Shown: positions 27,554 through 38,093, counted from the stretch's first letter. The stretch is 59,273 bases of DNA from Candidatus Aminicenantia bacterium (GCA_046760445.1 JBHIEE010000003.1:1-59273); one strand, 5' to 3'. A program made the numbers and translations. Notes: a model not told the origin generated them from the letters alone.

Positions 27554-28102
27554 GTGAAGGAATTCATCCCTTCAAAAATATTTTTGACTAAGGGTGTTGG
27601 TCGACATAAAGAAAAATTAGCCAGTTTTGAGGAAGCTCTTAGAGTAGCTGGAATAGCTCCCTATAATTTAGTGAAAACCTCAAGTATTATTCCTCCTTAT
27701 TGTGAATTAGTCTCAAAAGAAGAAGGAATTAAATTATTAAAGCCGGGCCAGATAGTGTTTCTAGTTCTAAGTGAAAATGCGACCAATGAAGCTTATCGGA
27801 AAATTTCAGCTTCCATAGGATTAGCCATTCCTAAAGATCCTAATCTATATGGTTATTTATCCGAACACCACAGCTTCGGTCAAGAAGAAAAAGTAGCTGG
27901 TGAGTACGCTGAAGACTTAGCTGCTCATATGCTGGCTACCACCTTAGGAGTGGATTTTGATATCAATAAAAGTTGGGATGAGGAGAAGCAAATTTATAAA
28001 ATATCGGATAAAGCGGTAACAACAAGAAGTATTACTCAAACCACATCTGGACACTCCGGTTTATGGACCACTGTTCTTGCGGCTGCTGTGTTTATTTTAT
28101 AA
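27554..28102 (+). CDS. pdaD: Pyruvoyl-dependent arginine decarboxylase
   Basis: SFEEALR.AGIA.YNLVKTSSIIPP (SS self-cleavage site), GYLSEH, WTTVLAAAVF. GTG start with GGAGG. Confidence 0.92.
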   Translation: MKEFIPSKIFLTKGVGRHKEKLASFEEALRVAGIAPYNLVKTSSIIPPYCELVSKEEGIKLLKPGQIVFLVLSENATNEAYRKISASIGLAIPKDPNLYGYLSEHHSFGQEEKVAGEYAEDLAAHMLATTLGVDFDINKSWDEEKQIYKISDKAVTTRSITQTTSGHSGLWTTVLAAAVFIL

Positions 28103-28110
28103 CTTTCTCT

Positions 28111-28506
28111 TTACTTTTCCAGATTAAAACTCTCTGGCAAAAGAGAGGAAAGTTCTTTTTTATAGCTCTTTCCTTCTAAGGTGACGGCTATTATTTTTAA
28201 GTCTAAATTAAATTCTGAGAATACCTGAAGACAGGCACCGCAGGGGAAAATTGGTTTTTGACTCTCGGTTACCACAACTAAAGTATCGAAGGTAACTTCT
28301 CCCTCTGAAACAGCCTTAAATAATGCTAGTCTTTCAGCACATATAGTCAATCCAAAAGAAGAATTTTCAATATTTGTTCCAGTAAAAATATGACCTGACT
28401 TGGTTAAAAGAGAGGCCCCCACCTTAAATTTTGAATAAGGAGCATATGATTTCAAACGAGCTTTCTTAGCTTGTTTTATTAACTTTTCTTCAATTTTCTT
28501 GTTCAT
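28111..28506 (-). CDS. cdd: Cytidine deaminase (homotetrameric type)
   Basis: YAPYSKFKVGA, NIEN, CAER, PCGAC. Confidence 0.95.
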   Translation of the reverse strand: MNKKIEEKLIKQAKKARLKSYAPYSKFKVGASLLTKSGHIFTGTNIENSSFGLTICAERLALFKAVSEGEVTFDTLVVVTESQKPIFPCGACLQVFSEFNLDLKIIAVTLEGKSYKKELSSLLPESFNLEK

Positions 28507-29498
28507 TTAAAGAAATCTTCAGTCCACTTTTTTGCCTGTAAAGATGTTTCACTTAAAATAACCTTTTTTCTTAGCTCTTTTCCTTTTTTCATTCCTTTGG
28601 TAAACCAGATAATAAATTTTTTAAAATTATTCAACTTTTCTTTTTCAGAGAAATCTTCATTTTCTAATAAACGAAGGTATTTGCGAAGAATATAAGTTTT
28701 CTCCTTAAAGTTATTATGATTATAATTTACCCCACACTGAGAAAGAAGGAATTTTTTAAAAATCAAGGGGTCAACAATTGCTCCTCGGCCTATCATTACT
28801 CCATCGCATCCCGTTTGGTTAAACATAGCTAAAATATCAGATGGTTTTTTTACATCTCCATTTCCTATAACTGGGATAGAGACATTTTCTTTTATTTTTC
28901 GAATTAATTCCCAGTTAGCTAAAGAGGAAAAGAAATCGGTTCGAGTTCGTGGGTGAATAATTATTGCCGAGGCTCCACAATGTTCAATCATGTGAGCAAA
29001 TTGAAGAGCATTAATTGTTGTTCCCGACCAGCCTGCTCTTATTTTAACACTTACCGGTAATCCTTCGGATTTTTTGACCACTTCAGTGATAATTTCCTGA
29101 GCTAATTTTATATCTTTTAAAAGAGCTGCTCCTGCATTTTTCCTTACTACTTTTTGTTTCGGGCAGCTCATATTAATATCAATTCCGTCAGCTCCTAATC
29201 TTTTCAAAACAAGAGCCGCCTCGCCCATTATTTTTGCTTCAGAGCCAAAAATTTGGAAAAATAGTGGGCGATCCAAAGAAGACCTCTTAAGTAGAGTCCT
29301 AGTTTTCTTGTTATTTCTTCTTATTAATCCTTGTGCACTTATCATTTCACTAAAAAATAGTCCACATCCATCTAAAAGAGCAATTAATTTCCGAAAACAG
29401 GAATTTGTGATTCCGGACATAGGAGCTAAAGCTAAAGGAGGGTTAATCGTTAACTGACCAATATGTAATGCTTTCTCAAAAGGTGAACTCGACGGCAT
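28503..29498 (-). CDS. dusB: tRNA-dihydrouridine synthase B family
   Basis: LAPMSG, DINMSCP, VKIRAGW, HPRT, IGNGD, MIGRG. Confidence 0.88.
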   Translation of the reverse strand: MPSSSPFEKALHIGQLTINPPLALAPMSGITNSCFRKLIALLDGCGLFFSEMISAQGLIRRNNKKTRTLLKRSSLDRPLFFQIFGSEAKIMGEAALVLKRLGADGIDINMSCPKQKVVRKNAGAALLKDIKLAQEIITEVVKKSEGLPVSVKIRAGWSGTTINALQFAHMIEHCGASAIIIHPRTRTDFFSSLANWELIRKIKENVSIPVIGNGDVKKPSDILAMFNQTGCDGVMIGRGAIVDPLIFKKFLLSQCGVNYNHNNFKEKTYILRKYLRLLENEDFSEKEKLNNFKKFIIWFTKGMKKGKELRKKVILSETSLQAKKWTEDFFK

Positions 29499-29535
29499 TT
29501 TATTCTTCTAATGGATTGATTACTGTATTTTTTTA

Positions 29536-30507
29536 TCAGCCAAAAGGAGTTGGATTTAAAATCTTTATATAACTTTTTTCTTTGAGAGTCTTTAAAAAAT
29601 CATTTAATTTTTCTTGTCTTTTCTGGTTAAATGTTTCTTCTTTTATTTTCTTTTTTGCTTCTTCAAAAGGAATAACTCGCTCTTCCTTTTTTTCTTCTAT
29701 TTTAAATAGATACCGGCCATTTTTTGTTTTTAACCATGGAGTTACTTCGCCTGGATTTAGCTCGAACACGACTTTCTCGAAAGCTTTGTCGAGTTCTCCT
29801 TTCTTAAAAAAACCAAGATCTCCTCCCTTTTCTTTTTCCGGACCCTCGGAATATTGAGACGCCAGTAAGGAGAAATCTGTTTCCTGTTTAATCTTTTGAT
29901 TAATTTCTTGGAGAATCTTTTCCAGCTCCTGTTCATTTCTTCCTTCTGAAGAAAGATATATTCCTCTTAATCTTACTTCAGCCGGTTGAGTAAATTCTTC
30001 TCGGTGATCTTTATAATAATTAATTATCTCTGAATCGGTTATGGAAATTTTACTGTCTACCTCAAGATAAAGAAGTTTCTGTTGAATAAATTGCTTATTC
30101 AGTTCTCTTCTCCAGGCATCATAATTTATTCCTTCTCGTTCCATTTCTCTTTTTAAATCTTCATCAGAGGTAATATTATTTTCCTTTTTAAAATTTTCAA
30201 TGAAAATTTTGACTTCTTCATCTGCCTCAATATTTTTTGCTTTGGCTTCTTGAAGTAAAAGAAGCTCATTTATCATCTGGTCCAATAAATTTTCTCTTAT
30301 TTTTGCTAATTCTTTTTCTAATTCTTCACCTTTCAATCTTGAACTTAGCATTAATCTAAGTTTAGTCTCAGTCATCTCCAACTCGGATCTGGTTATAATG
30401 TCATCATTTACCACGACAATTATTTCCTCTATTACTTCACCCTTTACGAAAAAAGAAAAGATTGCCATCGCTAAAGAAAATAAAATCACTCTAAAGATTT
30501 TTTTCAT
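29536..30507 (-). CDS. SurA-like peptidyl-prolyl isomerase/chaperone
   Basis: SurA N-domain (VVNDDIIT), parvulin GGDLG. Confidence 0.88.
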   Translation of the reverse strand: MKKIFRVILFSLAMAIFSFFVKGEVIEEIIVVVNDDIITRSELEMTETKLRLMLSSRLKGEELEKELAKIRENLLDQMINELLLLQEAKAKNIEADEEVKIFIENFKKENNITSDEDLKREMEREGINYDAWRRELNKQFIQQKLLYLEVDSKISITDSEIINYYKDHREEFTQPAEVRLRGIYLSSEGRNEQELEKILQEINQKIKQETDFSLLASQYSEGPEKEKGGDLGFFKKGELDKAFEKVVFELNPGEVTPWLKTKNGRYLFKIEEKKEERVIPFEEAKKKIKEETFNQKRQEKLNDFLKTLKEKSYIKILNPTPFG

Positions 30508-30512
30508 TTTAA

Positions 30513-31472
30513 TTACTCCTTCTCTTTGTGGTAAGGAAAGGGCAAGTTGTAAGTGGAGGTCACCCAGTTGAATTCATTTTTTAAATCCGCTAAGTGTTTA
30601 TCTATAATAGCCTTAATTTTTGCTTGTAGCAATTTAATTTTAATCGATTTAGCTGCTTTGTCTAGAGGGAGAAGTTGACTTTTTTCTCTCTTTTCTAATC
30701 GGAATATGTGAAACCCATAAGAAGATTCAACTACTTGGCTTAGTCCCTCTTCTTTTAAAGCGAAAATTACCTTTTCCATCTCTTCTGGAAGTTGACCAGG
30801 CTCGTAATAGCCCATATCTCCTCCGGTGGCCGCTTCAGGACTAATTGATTCTTCTTGAGCTATTTTACTGAATTCTTCTGGAGGTGATTTTTTTAATCTG
30901 TTTAAAATCTCAATTGCTTTTGCCTCTGTTTCAACTAATATCTGGCTCACTCTAACCCTTTCTGGCTGCTGAAACTCGTTTAGATGTTGGCGATAATATG
31001 CCCTGATTTCTTGTTCTTTAACTTCAATATCTTTGATCAAAAGATAAATATATTTTTCAACCAATAATCTATTAAGCATGGTCTTAGTAAGTACAATCTT
31101 TTCTTTATTATTTACTACCTCAGTGTTAATTTTAGCTAAGTAGGCTTTTTTTTCTTCCCAGCTTAAGGAAATGTCTTTTTTCTTTGCTGCGTTCAAAAGA
31201 ATCATTTCGTCAACAAATTTATCATATAATCTGCTAAATGATTCGACGCTTAAATTATCAATTAGGTCCCCGATTATATTATTTATATACTGTTCAAAAT
31301 CAGAGTTAAAATAAAAGGAATCTTCTACTTGAAGAATAATTTTATTCTCCTTAGAAGATTGGTTAAATTGAACAAGGGAAACCTGGGTAACCCCCTGATC
31401 TTTCTTAGAGCAGAATAAACTAAGGACGAATAATATTACGAAGAATAAATTTCTTGTTTTTTTTAGGTCCAT
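30513..31472 (-). CDS. PpiC/parvulin-type PPIase, probable lipoprotein (PrsA-like)
   Basis: SLFC lipobox-like, VRVSQILV, GGDMG, YGFHIF. Confidence 0.87.
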   Translation of the reverse strand: MDLKKTRNLFFVILFVLSLFCSKKDQGVTQVSLVQFNQSSKENKIILQVEDSFYFNSDFEQYINNIIGDLIDNLSVESFSRLYDKFVDEMILLNAAKKKDISLSWEEKKAYLAKINTEVVNNKEKIVLTKTMLNRLLVEKYIYLLIKDIEVKEQEIRAYYRQHLNEFQQPERVRVSQILVETEAKAIEILNRLKKSPPEEFSKIAQEESISPEAATGGDMGYYEPGQLPEEMEKVIFALKEEGLSQVVESSYGFHIFRLEKREKSQLLPLDKAAKSIKIKLLQAKIKAIIDKHLADLKNEFNWVTSTYNLPFPYHKEKE

Positions 31473-31511
31473 TGACTTCTTATTTCATTAAGCTCAATTA
31501 ATTATAATAGA

Positions 31512-34500
31512 CTAACTAAGTTCTTGCAAGATATATTTCACTTCTTTTAAAACTGCCTTGTCTTCTCTCGAAGGTAACTCTATCTTTAAAATTCCTTCGG
31601 GAGAAAATGAGCCTTTATAGTATTTAAATAAAAGGATTAACTTTTCTGGGTTAATTTTTGCTCGAAGGGAAAATTTAATTGTTAAATAATGGGCTTCTCT
31701 GTCAATATTCAGAATTTTTAGTTTCTCAGAGAGAAATTTTGTTATTCCATAATCCAAAATATTCTCACAGGAGTCAGGTAATGAGCCAAATCTGTCTTCC
31801 ATTTCCTCTTTTATTTTTTTTATCTCCTCAAGAGAGTTAATAGATGATATTCTCTGATATAAATTAAGTCTTTGATTGACCTGAGGGATATAATTTTCAG
31901 GAATTCTTATATCAACTTTAAGATTTATCTCGGTTTTAAATTCTTCTACCTCCTCTCCTTTCAGTTCTTTTATCGTTTGATCGAGAAGTTTTAAATAATA
32001 ATCGAATCCCACTGCTTGAAGATGTCCATGCTGCTCAGAGCCGAGAAGATTTCCTGCTCCTCTTATTTCCAAATCTTTAGAAGCTAATCTAAATCCTGAA
32101 CCAAGCTGGGTAAATTCTTGGAGAGCTTTAAGTCTTTTCCTGGCAACTGGGGGCAGGGATAATTCAGATGGTACTAAAAAGTAAGCAAAAGCCTGACGCG
32201 AAGACCTTCCAACCCGTCCACGAAGCTGATATAGTTGGGCTAAGCCAAATTGATGAGCTTGATTAACGATTAGAGTGTTAACCAAAGGGATATCTATTCC
32301 ATTTTCAATAATAGTCGTTGAAACAAGAACATTATGTTTTTCTTGAATGAAATCAATCATATTTTTTTCAATTTTTCGGCTTGGCATTTGACCATGGATA
32401 ACTGTTACTTTCGCTTGGGGGACTAAATTAGAGATCATATTAGATACTGAATCAATATCTTCAATGCGGTTATGAACAAAGTAAACCTGTCCTCCTCGAT
32501 TTAATTCTTTCTCAATAGCTGATGAAATTAACTCCTTACTGAATTTTGAGACAACAGTATGAACAGCTAATCTATCCTTGGGAGGAGTTTCAATTAAACT
32601 CAAATCTCGCAGTCCATAAAAAGCCATATTTAGAGTTCTGGGAATGGGAGTGGCAGTCATAGTGAGAACATCTATATTAGCTTTTATCTTTTTAATTTTT
32701 TCTTTATGACTGACTCCAAATCTTTGTTCTTCGTCAATAACTAATAAGCCCAGATTTTTAAATTCTACATCTTTAGAGAGCAGTCGGTGGGTACCAATAA
32801 TAATATCCACTAATCCTTTCTTTAAATCAGTAATTATTTTTTTCTGTTGAGCTAAGAACTGAAAACGAGTGAGAGCTTCCACTCTAATGGGAAACATAGC
32901 TAATCTTTCTTTAAAAGTTGACCAATGTTGTGAGGCAAGGACTGTGGTTGGACAAAGAAGGGCGACCTGTTTTCCATCTAAAACTGCTTTGACAGCAGCT
33001 CTAATAGCTACCTCTGTTTTTCCATACCCAACATCTCCACAGAGAAGTCTGTCCATAGGACATGATGCTTCCATGTCTTTTTTAATTTTCTCTATTGCTT
33101 TAAGTTGATCTTCAGTTTCCTCGAATGGAAAAGTGTCTTCAAATTCTTTTTGCCAAGGTGTGTCTGGGCTGAAAGGATATTTTTTAATGCTTTTCCTCTT
33201 GGCATAGAGTTCTAACAATTCTCGAGCCATATTTTGAATAACCTTCTTGACTTTATTTTTAGTTTTTTCCCAAGAAACACCGCCTAATTTATCTATTGCT
33301 GGAGGCTCCTCTCCTGCTCCAGAATATTTTTGAATTAAATCCAATCTCTCAACTGGAACATAGAGTCGGTCACCGTCTCGGTACATAATTTCAATTAGTT
33401 CTCTAAATTTTCCTTCTATTTTTAATTCTTTCAATCCCTTAAAAATTCCAATTCCATGATCAATGTGGACGACATAGTCTCCTTCTTTTAAATCCCGAAA
33501 ATTAGAAAACCAGGGTTTAAGGGAAGGCTTAGCTGAGATTAATCTTATTTCCTTAATAATATCCTTCTCAGAAAGAAAAACAGTTTTTTCTTCTGGAAAA
33601 CAAAATCCAACGGGTAACTCTCCCTGGGTAAGCATCACCCTGCCCTCTATGGGAGCGGTGGAGGAGTCAATAGAAGTAAAATATTTGATCTGATAGTCCT
33701 CCAGCATTTGAGCTGTTTTCTTTAATCTTGTTTGGTTTGAAATGAAGATTACTACTTTTTCCTTTTTTTCTTGAACTTTTTTTAAATCTTGAATGAATAA
33801 CTTGATGTTATCCTGATAATTAGGGGAATCCTGGAAATTAAAGGGAAATATGTTCTTTTTTTTATTTAAAGTCAGTTCTTCAAGAAATAGATTTTGATTA
33901 TTCAATTTATCCAGACTTTCTTTATCGAAGATTTCTTCAGGAGAAAGAGCTATTTCTCCTTTATTATGTAAAGTCTGATACGAAATTTGCCACTGGTTTT
34001 TTTTTGTTTTCCATTCTTTTTCTATGTCCTGAGGTTCATTAAAAATAAAAATATAGTCTTGGAAATAATCTCTAAAAGAGACAAAAAAGGGTTCGGCAAT
34101 ATGAGCCAGATAAAAAAATGAAGGAGTCACTTTTCTTCCTCTTAAAGAATTTGATATCTTTTCTAATTCCATTCTGAAGGGATAACCTTTCCATTTGTGA
34201 CTTGTTTTTTCTTGCCATGAAGTTAGAAACTCTTCGTTCAGATAAAATTCATACAAGGAGGGGATGATAATTGAACTTACTTTTTTAATTGATCGCTGTG
34301 TTGAGGAAGAGAATTCTCGAAGAGAAATAATTTCGTCTCCGCTGAATTCAATTCGGTAAGGATTTTCTACCCATAGAGAGAAGATATCAATTATTCCCCC
34401 GCGCCAGGCATATTCTCCTGGATAGTTGACCAAATCCTGGCAGCTGTATCCGATTTTATCGAGCTCATTTATTAACTCGTCTCGATCTATCTTATCGCCG

Positions 34501-34940
34501 TAGTTAAGCTTGATAAAACTCCTCTCCAATAAGGAAGGATTGGGAAGGGGCTTTAATAGTCCAAAAAGATTAGTAATTGTTATCTTGACCGAATTCTGCT
34601 TAAAATGATAAAAAAATTCCATTCTCTGAGAAATGGACTCTAAAGAAGGAGAAATATTTTCATAAGGTTCGGCGGAAAAAGGGGGTAAGAGATGAATTTT
34701 ACTTGAATCAAGCTGAAACTGCCTAAAGAAAGAGCTAATTACTCTTTTCATTTCTGGCAGAGAGGAAGAAGAAGGTTGAATGAGAACAATTTTTTTATTA
34801 AGTTCTTTAACTAAAGCTGATAAAAATAAACCCTTGGCGGGCAGGTTAAGACCACTGATAATTAAATTTTTTTCTTGGTGTTTTATTTGTTCTATTAATT
34901 TTTTAAATTGTTTGTTTTCTAAGAAAAAATTGAATAACAT
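31512..34940 (-). CDS. mfd: Transcription-repair coupling factor
   Basis: VVHIDHGIG, GDVGYGKT, DEEQRFG, TATPIPRT, QLRGRVGR, TRCF C-terminal domain. Confidence 0.97.
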   Translation of the reverse strand: MLFNFFLENKQFKKLIEQIKHQEKNLIISGLNLPAKGLFLSALVKELNKKIVLIQPSSSSLPEMKRVISSFFRQFQLDSSKIHLLPPFSAEPYENISPSLESISQRMEFFYHFKQNSVKITITNLFGLLKPLPNPSLLERSFIKLNYGDKIDRDELINELDKIGYSCQDLVNYPGEYAWRGGIIDIFSLWVENPYRIEFSGDEIISLREFSSSTQRSIKKVSSIIIPSLYEFYLNEEFLTSWQEKTSHKWKGYPFRMELEKISNSLRGRKVTPSFFYLAHIAEPFFVSFRDYFQDYIFIFNEPQDIEKEWKTKKNQWQISYQTLHNKGEIALSPEEIFDKESLDKLNNQNLFLEELTLNKKKNIFPFNFQDSPNYQDNIKLFIQDLKKVQEKKEKVVIFISNQTRLKKTAQMLEDYQIKYFTSIDSSTAPIEGRVMLTQGELPVGFCFPEEKTVFLSEKDIIKEIRLISAKPSLKPWFSNFRDLKEGDYVVHIDHGIGIFKGLKELKIEGKFRELIEIMYRDGDRLYVPVERLDLIQKYSGAGEEPPAIDKLGGVSWEKTKNKVKKVIQNMARELLELYAKRKSIKKYPFSPDTPWQKEFEDTFPFEETEDQLKAIEKIKKDMEASCPMDRLLCGDVGYGKTEVAIRAAVKAVLDGKQVALLCPTTVLASQHWSTFKERLAMFPIRVEALTRFQFLAQQKKIITDLKKGLVDIIIGTHRLLSKDVEFKNLGLLVIDEEQRFGVSHKEKIKKIKANIDVLTMTATPIPRTLNMAFYGLRDLSLIETPPKDRLAVHTVVSKFSKELISSAIEKELNRGGQVYFVHNRIEDIDSVSNMISNLVPQAKVTVIHGQMPSRKIEKNMIDFIQEKHNVLVSTTIIENGIDIPLVNTLIVNQAHQFGLAQLYQLRGRVGRSSRQAFAYFLVPSELSLPPVARKRLKALQEFTQLGSGFRLASKDLEIRGAGNLLGSEQHGHLQAVGFDYYLKLLDQTIKELKGEEVEEFKTEINLKVDIRIPENYIPQVNQRLNLYQRISSINSLEEIKKIKEEMEDRFGSLPDSCENILDYGITKFLSEKLKILNIDREAHYLTIKFSLRAKINPEKLILLFKYYKGSFSPEGILKIELPSREDKAVLKEVKYILQELS

Positions 34941-35043
34941 TTTTTATTATATTTTATCATATTATCAGATTTACTTGCCTTCACCAATTTTTTTGTTGCT
35001 CAAATTGATTGATAATACTATAATAATAAAAAAACGGAAAATA

Positions 35044-37902
35044 GTGATAAACAAAGAAAAAGTTTTTTTAATTTTTTTCTCTATTATTTTTCTCCTTTTT
35101 TACTCTATGGCTTACAGCCAGATTTTCTCCTTCAAATCTTATAATAATGCGGATGGGTTAATTCAAACTCAAGTGTTTTCGATTTTTCAGGATAGTAAAG
35201 GTTACCTCTGGTTCGGGACAAGATCCGGCATTAGCCGCTATAATGGAAGTGAATTTTTCAATTTATCTAAGTCAGATGGACTGGTCGGGGATTTTGTTTT
35301 GGATTTTTTAGAGGACAAAAACAATAATATCTGGATAGCGACCTATGAGGGATTATGTTATCTCCAGGGTAAAAATATTGTCCATTTTAATCTAAAAACT
35401 TTTTTTGATTCTCAAATTATAAATACAGTTTTTTCTGATAAAGAAGGAAACATTTGGGTAGGCACCTCAGAAGGCTTAGCTATTATTGACCCAGACACAC
35501 AAGAAATTATAAAAGTTGAGAAGGGAATTTTAAAAGAAGGAGTTACCTCTATTTTTCAAACAAGCAATGGTAAACTATTTATTGCTTCTTCTCATAGGTT
35601 ATTCCGAACTGAAGGGTTAGCTCTTAACTTAGAAGAAATTTTATCCCTCGACTATCAGATTCGAGTGATAATCGCTGATGAACAAGAAAGGATATTTCTC
35701 GCTACTAATCATGGGTTAATTGAATTTTCCGATGGGTCAGTCAAATTAATTACTGAAAAGGAAGGTTTACCAAGCAATGATGTTCACACAATTATGATCG
35801 ATTCGAGAGGTCGGCTCTGGGTGGGGACCCCTAATGGATTGGCTAAGATTGATAAGACAGGAATTTTCACTTTCACCAAGGAAAATGGATTGCCTAATTT
35901 AATTATTCATTCTCTCTTTGAAGATAGAGAAAAAAATATCTGGATCGGGACAGATTATGGCGTGGCTAAACTTCCAAGTGAGAGATTTAGAATCTTTTCC
36001 TCTGAGAATGGGCTGAAAGCTGATATTGTCTGGTCGATTTATCAAGATTCCAGGAAAAGATTATGGGTGGGCACTCAACAAGGGCTTTATTTATTTAATA
36101 AAAATGAAAATCGGTTTGGGAAGTTCACCCTCCATCCTATATTAAAAAAACAATCAATCAGGTCAATTATCGAAGATGACAAAAATAGAATCTGGTTTGG
36201 GACGAGAAATAATGGACTTTTTGTTTATAATGATAGAACATTCCAACATTTCGACCAAAAAGATGGGTATCTTATTAATAATTTGTTAGGAAGCTTTAGA
36301 GATAGTCGAGGTAGAATCTGGTTTGGAGGAATGAATGGTTTATCTATATATCAAAATGGAAAATTCAAGCATTATGATGAGATAGAAGGAACAAAAAATT
36401 TGGTAGTGTCGGTTATTTATGAAGACTTAGAAGGAAAAATCTGGATTGGAACAATGAATGGTCTTTTTTTATTTAAAAATAATCACTTTCTCCGACCAGA
36501 AATAAGTCCCTATATAGGTCGAGAGAATGTGAGAAGTATTTTTCAGGATTCAAGAGGAAATTTCTGGGTTGGTACTGCGGGAAAAGGCCTGTTCAAATTT
36601 AATGGGAAAAAAATGATTAACCTGACGACTAAAAATGGCTTAGCTCACAACTCCATCTGGGGAATAATTGAAGATGAGAAGGGGAATATGTGGTTTGGGA
36701 CAAATAAAGGATTAAACAAATTCGATGGCCGAGCGTTCAAAAATTATAATTCTAAATCAGAATTGAAAGGCGATGAATTAGCGCTAAACTGTCTTTTTAA
36801 AGATGAAGCCGGGAATCTCTGGTTTGGTATCTATCCTGGAATTACTCAATATATTCCTGCTGAAGATGAGGAAAATCTCGTTCCCCCTCTGGTTTATATA
36901 GAAAAACTTTGTATTTTTAACGAAGATTTTGAACCATTTAATCTCAAATTGAAATATTCTTTAAATGATATTATCTTTCATTTTATTGGATTAAGTTTCA
37001 AGAATGAAAATTTAGTTAGATATTCATATTATTTAGAAGGCTATGATCAAACATGGTCACCTGAAACTCTACTTAATCAGGTAAGATATACTAATCTATC
37101 TCCAGAAAAGTATACTTTTTGGGTTAAAGCAAAAAATAATGATGGTGTCTGGTCAAAGGAAGCAGCGAGTGTCTCTTTTACTATTTATCCTCCCTTCTGG
37201 AAAACTTATTGGTTTTTAGGAATAGTAATTGGAACAGGAATTATCATTTTAATGACGGTTTATAATATAAAGACAAGTTCCATTAGGAGGCGCAAGGAAG
37301 AATTAGAAAATCAAGTTGCTCAAAGGACAAAAGAGTTAGAAGAGAAAATAGAACAGATTAATCGTCTTAAAGAAAAAGCAGAAAAATTAGCCATTACTGA
37401 TTCCTTGACCCAGCTTTTTAATCGGCGGCATTTTCTTAATATTGTTGAGAAAGAACTGGCCAGAGCAAAAAGATATAATCAGAAAATGATTCTTTTAATT
37501 TTAGATGTTGATTATTTTAAGAAAATAAATGATGTATACGGTCATCAAGCTGGAGATTTTGTTTTAATAAAAATAGCTAACATTTTGAAATCAAGTATTC
37601 GGGCCTCTGATACTGTTGCCAGATTTGGTGGTGATGAGTTTATCATTCTTCTGGTGAACTCCAAAGTAGAGCTCTGTTTGGCTATTGCTGAAAGAATAAG
37701 GAAAAAGATTGAAAAAACAAAAATCCTTTTCGGTGATTTATCCTTGGATGTTACAGTAAGCATTGGTGCCTCTTTCTATCCCTTGGCAAATGTACCTGAT
37801 GTTTCTTATGAACACCTCATTCAAGTAGCTGATGAAGCTTTATATCAGGCTAAGAGAAAAGGAAGAAACAAGTTGACTATCCATCCTCTTTGTAAGAAAT
37901 AA
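35044..37902 (+). CDS. Membrane-anchored diguanylate cyclase with two-component-regulator beta-propellers and Y_Y_Y domain
   Basis: Repeated D..G..W.GT..GL blades, YSYYLEG/YTNL.P..YTF.V, TM helix, RFGGDEF with RASD I-site. Start moved to GTG 35044, downstream of TTGCTC-17-TATAAT (34996-35024), to avoid the mfd overlap. Confidence 0.9.
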   Translation: MINKEKVFLIFFSIIFLLFYSMAYSQIFSFKSYNNADGLIQTQVFSIFQDSKGYLWFGTRSGISRYNGSEFFNLSKSDGLVGDFVLDFLEDKNNNIWIATYEGLCYLQGKNIVHFNLKTFFDSQIINTVFSDKEGNIWVGTSEGLAIIDPDTQEIIKVEKGILKEGVTSIFQTSNGKLFIASSHRLFRTEGLALNLEEILSLDYQIRVIIADEQERIFLATNHGLIEFSDGSVKLITEKEGLPSNDVHTIMIDSRGRLWVGTPNGLAKIDKTGIFTFTKENGLPNLIIHSLFEDREKNIWIGTDYGVAKLPSERFRIFSSENGLKADIVWSIYQDSRKRLWVGTQQGLYLFNKNENRFGKFTLHPILKKQSIRSIIEDDKNRIWFGTRNNGLFVYNDRTFQHFDQKDGYLINNLLGSFRDSRGRIWFGGMNGLSIYQNGKFKHYDEIEGTKNLVVSVIYEDLEGKIWIGTMNGLFLFKNNHFLRPEISPYIGRENVRSIFQDSRGNFWVGTAGKGLFKFNGKKMINLTTKNGLAHNSIWGIIEDEKGNMWFGTNKGLNKFDGRAFKNYNSKSELKGDELALNCLFKDEAGNLWFGIYPGITQYIPAEDEENLVPPLVYIEKLCIFNEDFEPFNLKLKYSLNDIIFHFIGLSFKNENLVRYSYYLEGYDQTWSPETLLNQVRYTNLSPEKYTFWVKAKNNDGVWSKEAASVSFTIYPPFWKTYWFLGIVIGTGIIILMTVYNIKTSSIRRRKEELENQVAQRTKELEEKIEQINRLKEKAEKLAITDSLTQLFNRRHFLNIVEKELARAKRYNQKMILLILDVDYFKKINDVYGHQAGDFVLIKIANILKSSIRASDTVARFGGDEFIILLVNSKVELCLAIAERIRKKIEKTKILFGDLSLDVTVSIGASFYPLANVPDVSYEHLIQVADEALYQAKRKGRNKLTIHPLCKK

Positions 37903-38032
37903 ATTGTGATTTAATTTGAGTTTGTTATTTGATATTTGGTGCCTGCCCCGTACATCCCGAGTACTCGGGACTACGGGGCGAGGAATTTGAGATTTTAATG
38001 GAGATGAAACCCAAAAACAGGATATGAAAACC
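37902..38032 (+). mobile_element. Right arm and end of the repeat element, with a two-tier palindrome insert
   Basis: TTATTTGATATTTGGTG and GGAGATGAAACCCAAAAACAGGATATGAAA align with 162-236. Insert at 37942-37983. Confidence 0.7.
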
Positions 38033-38093
38033 TTTAATAGTATTGCGTTTTCAAAGATGAAAAGGCTTAACTACGCTAGGAGGTAAAGTCTTG

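Noticed and set aside
34780-35043. N-terminal extension of the DGC ORF
   Set aside because: It overlaps mfd on the opposite strand and lies upstream of or across the predicted promoter. A later start is more plausible.
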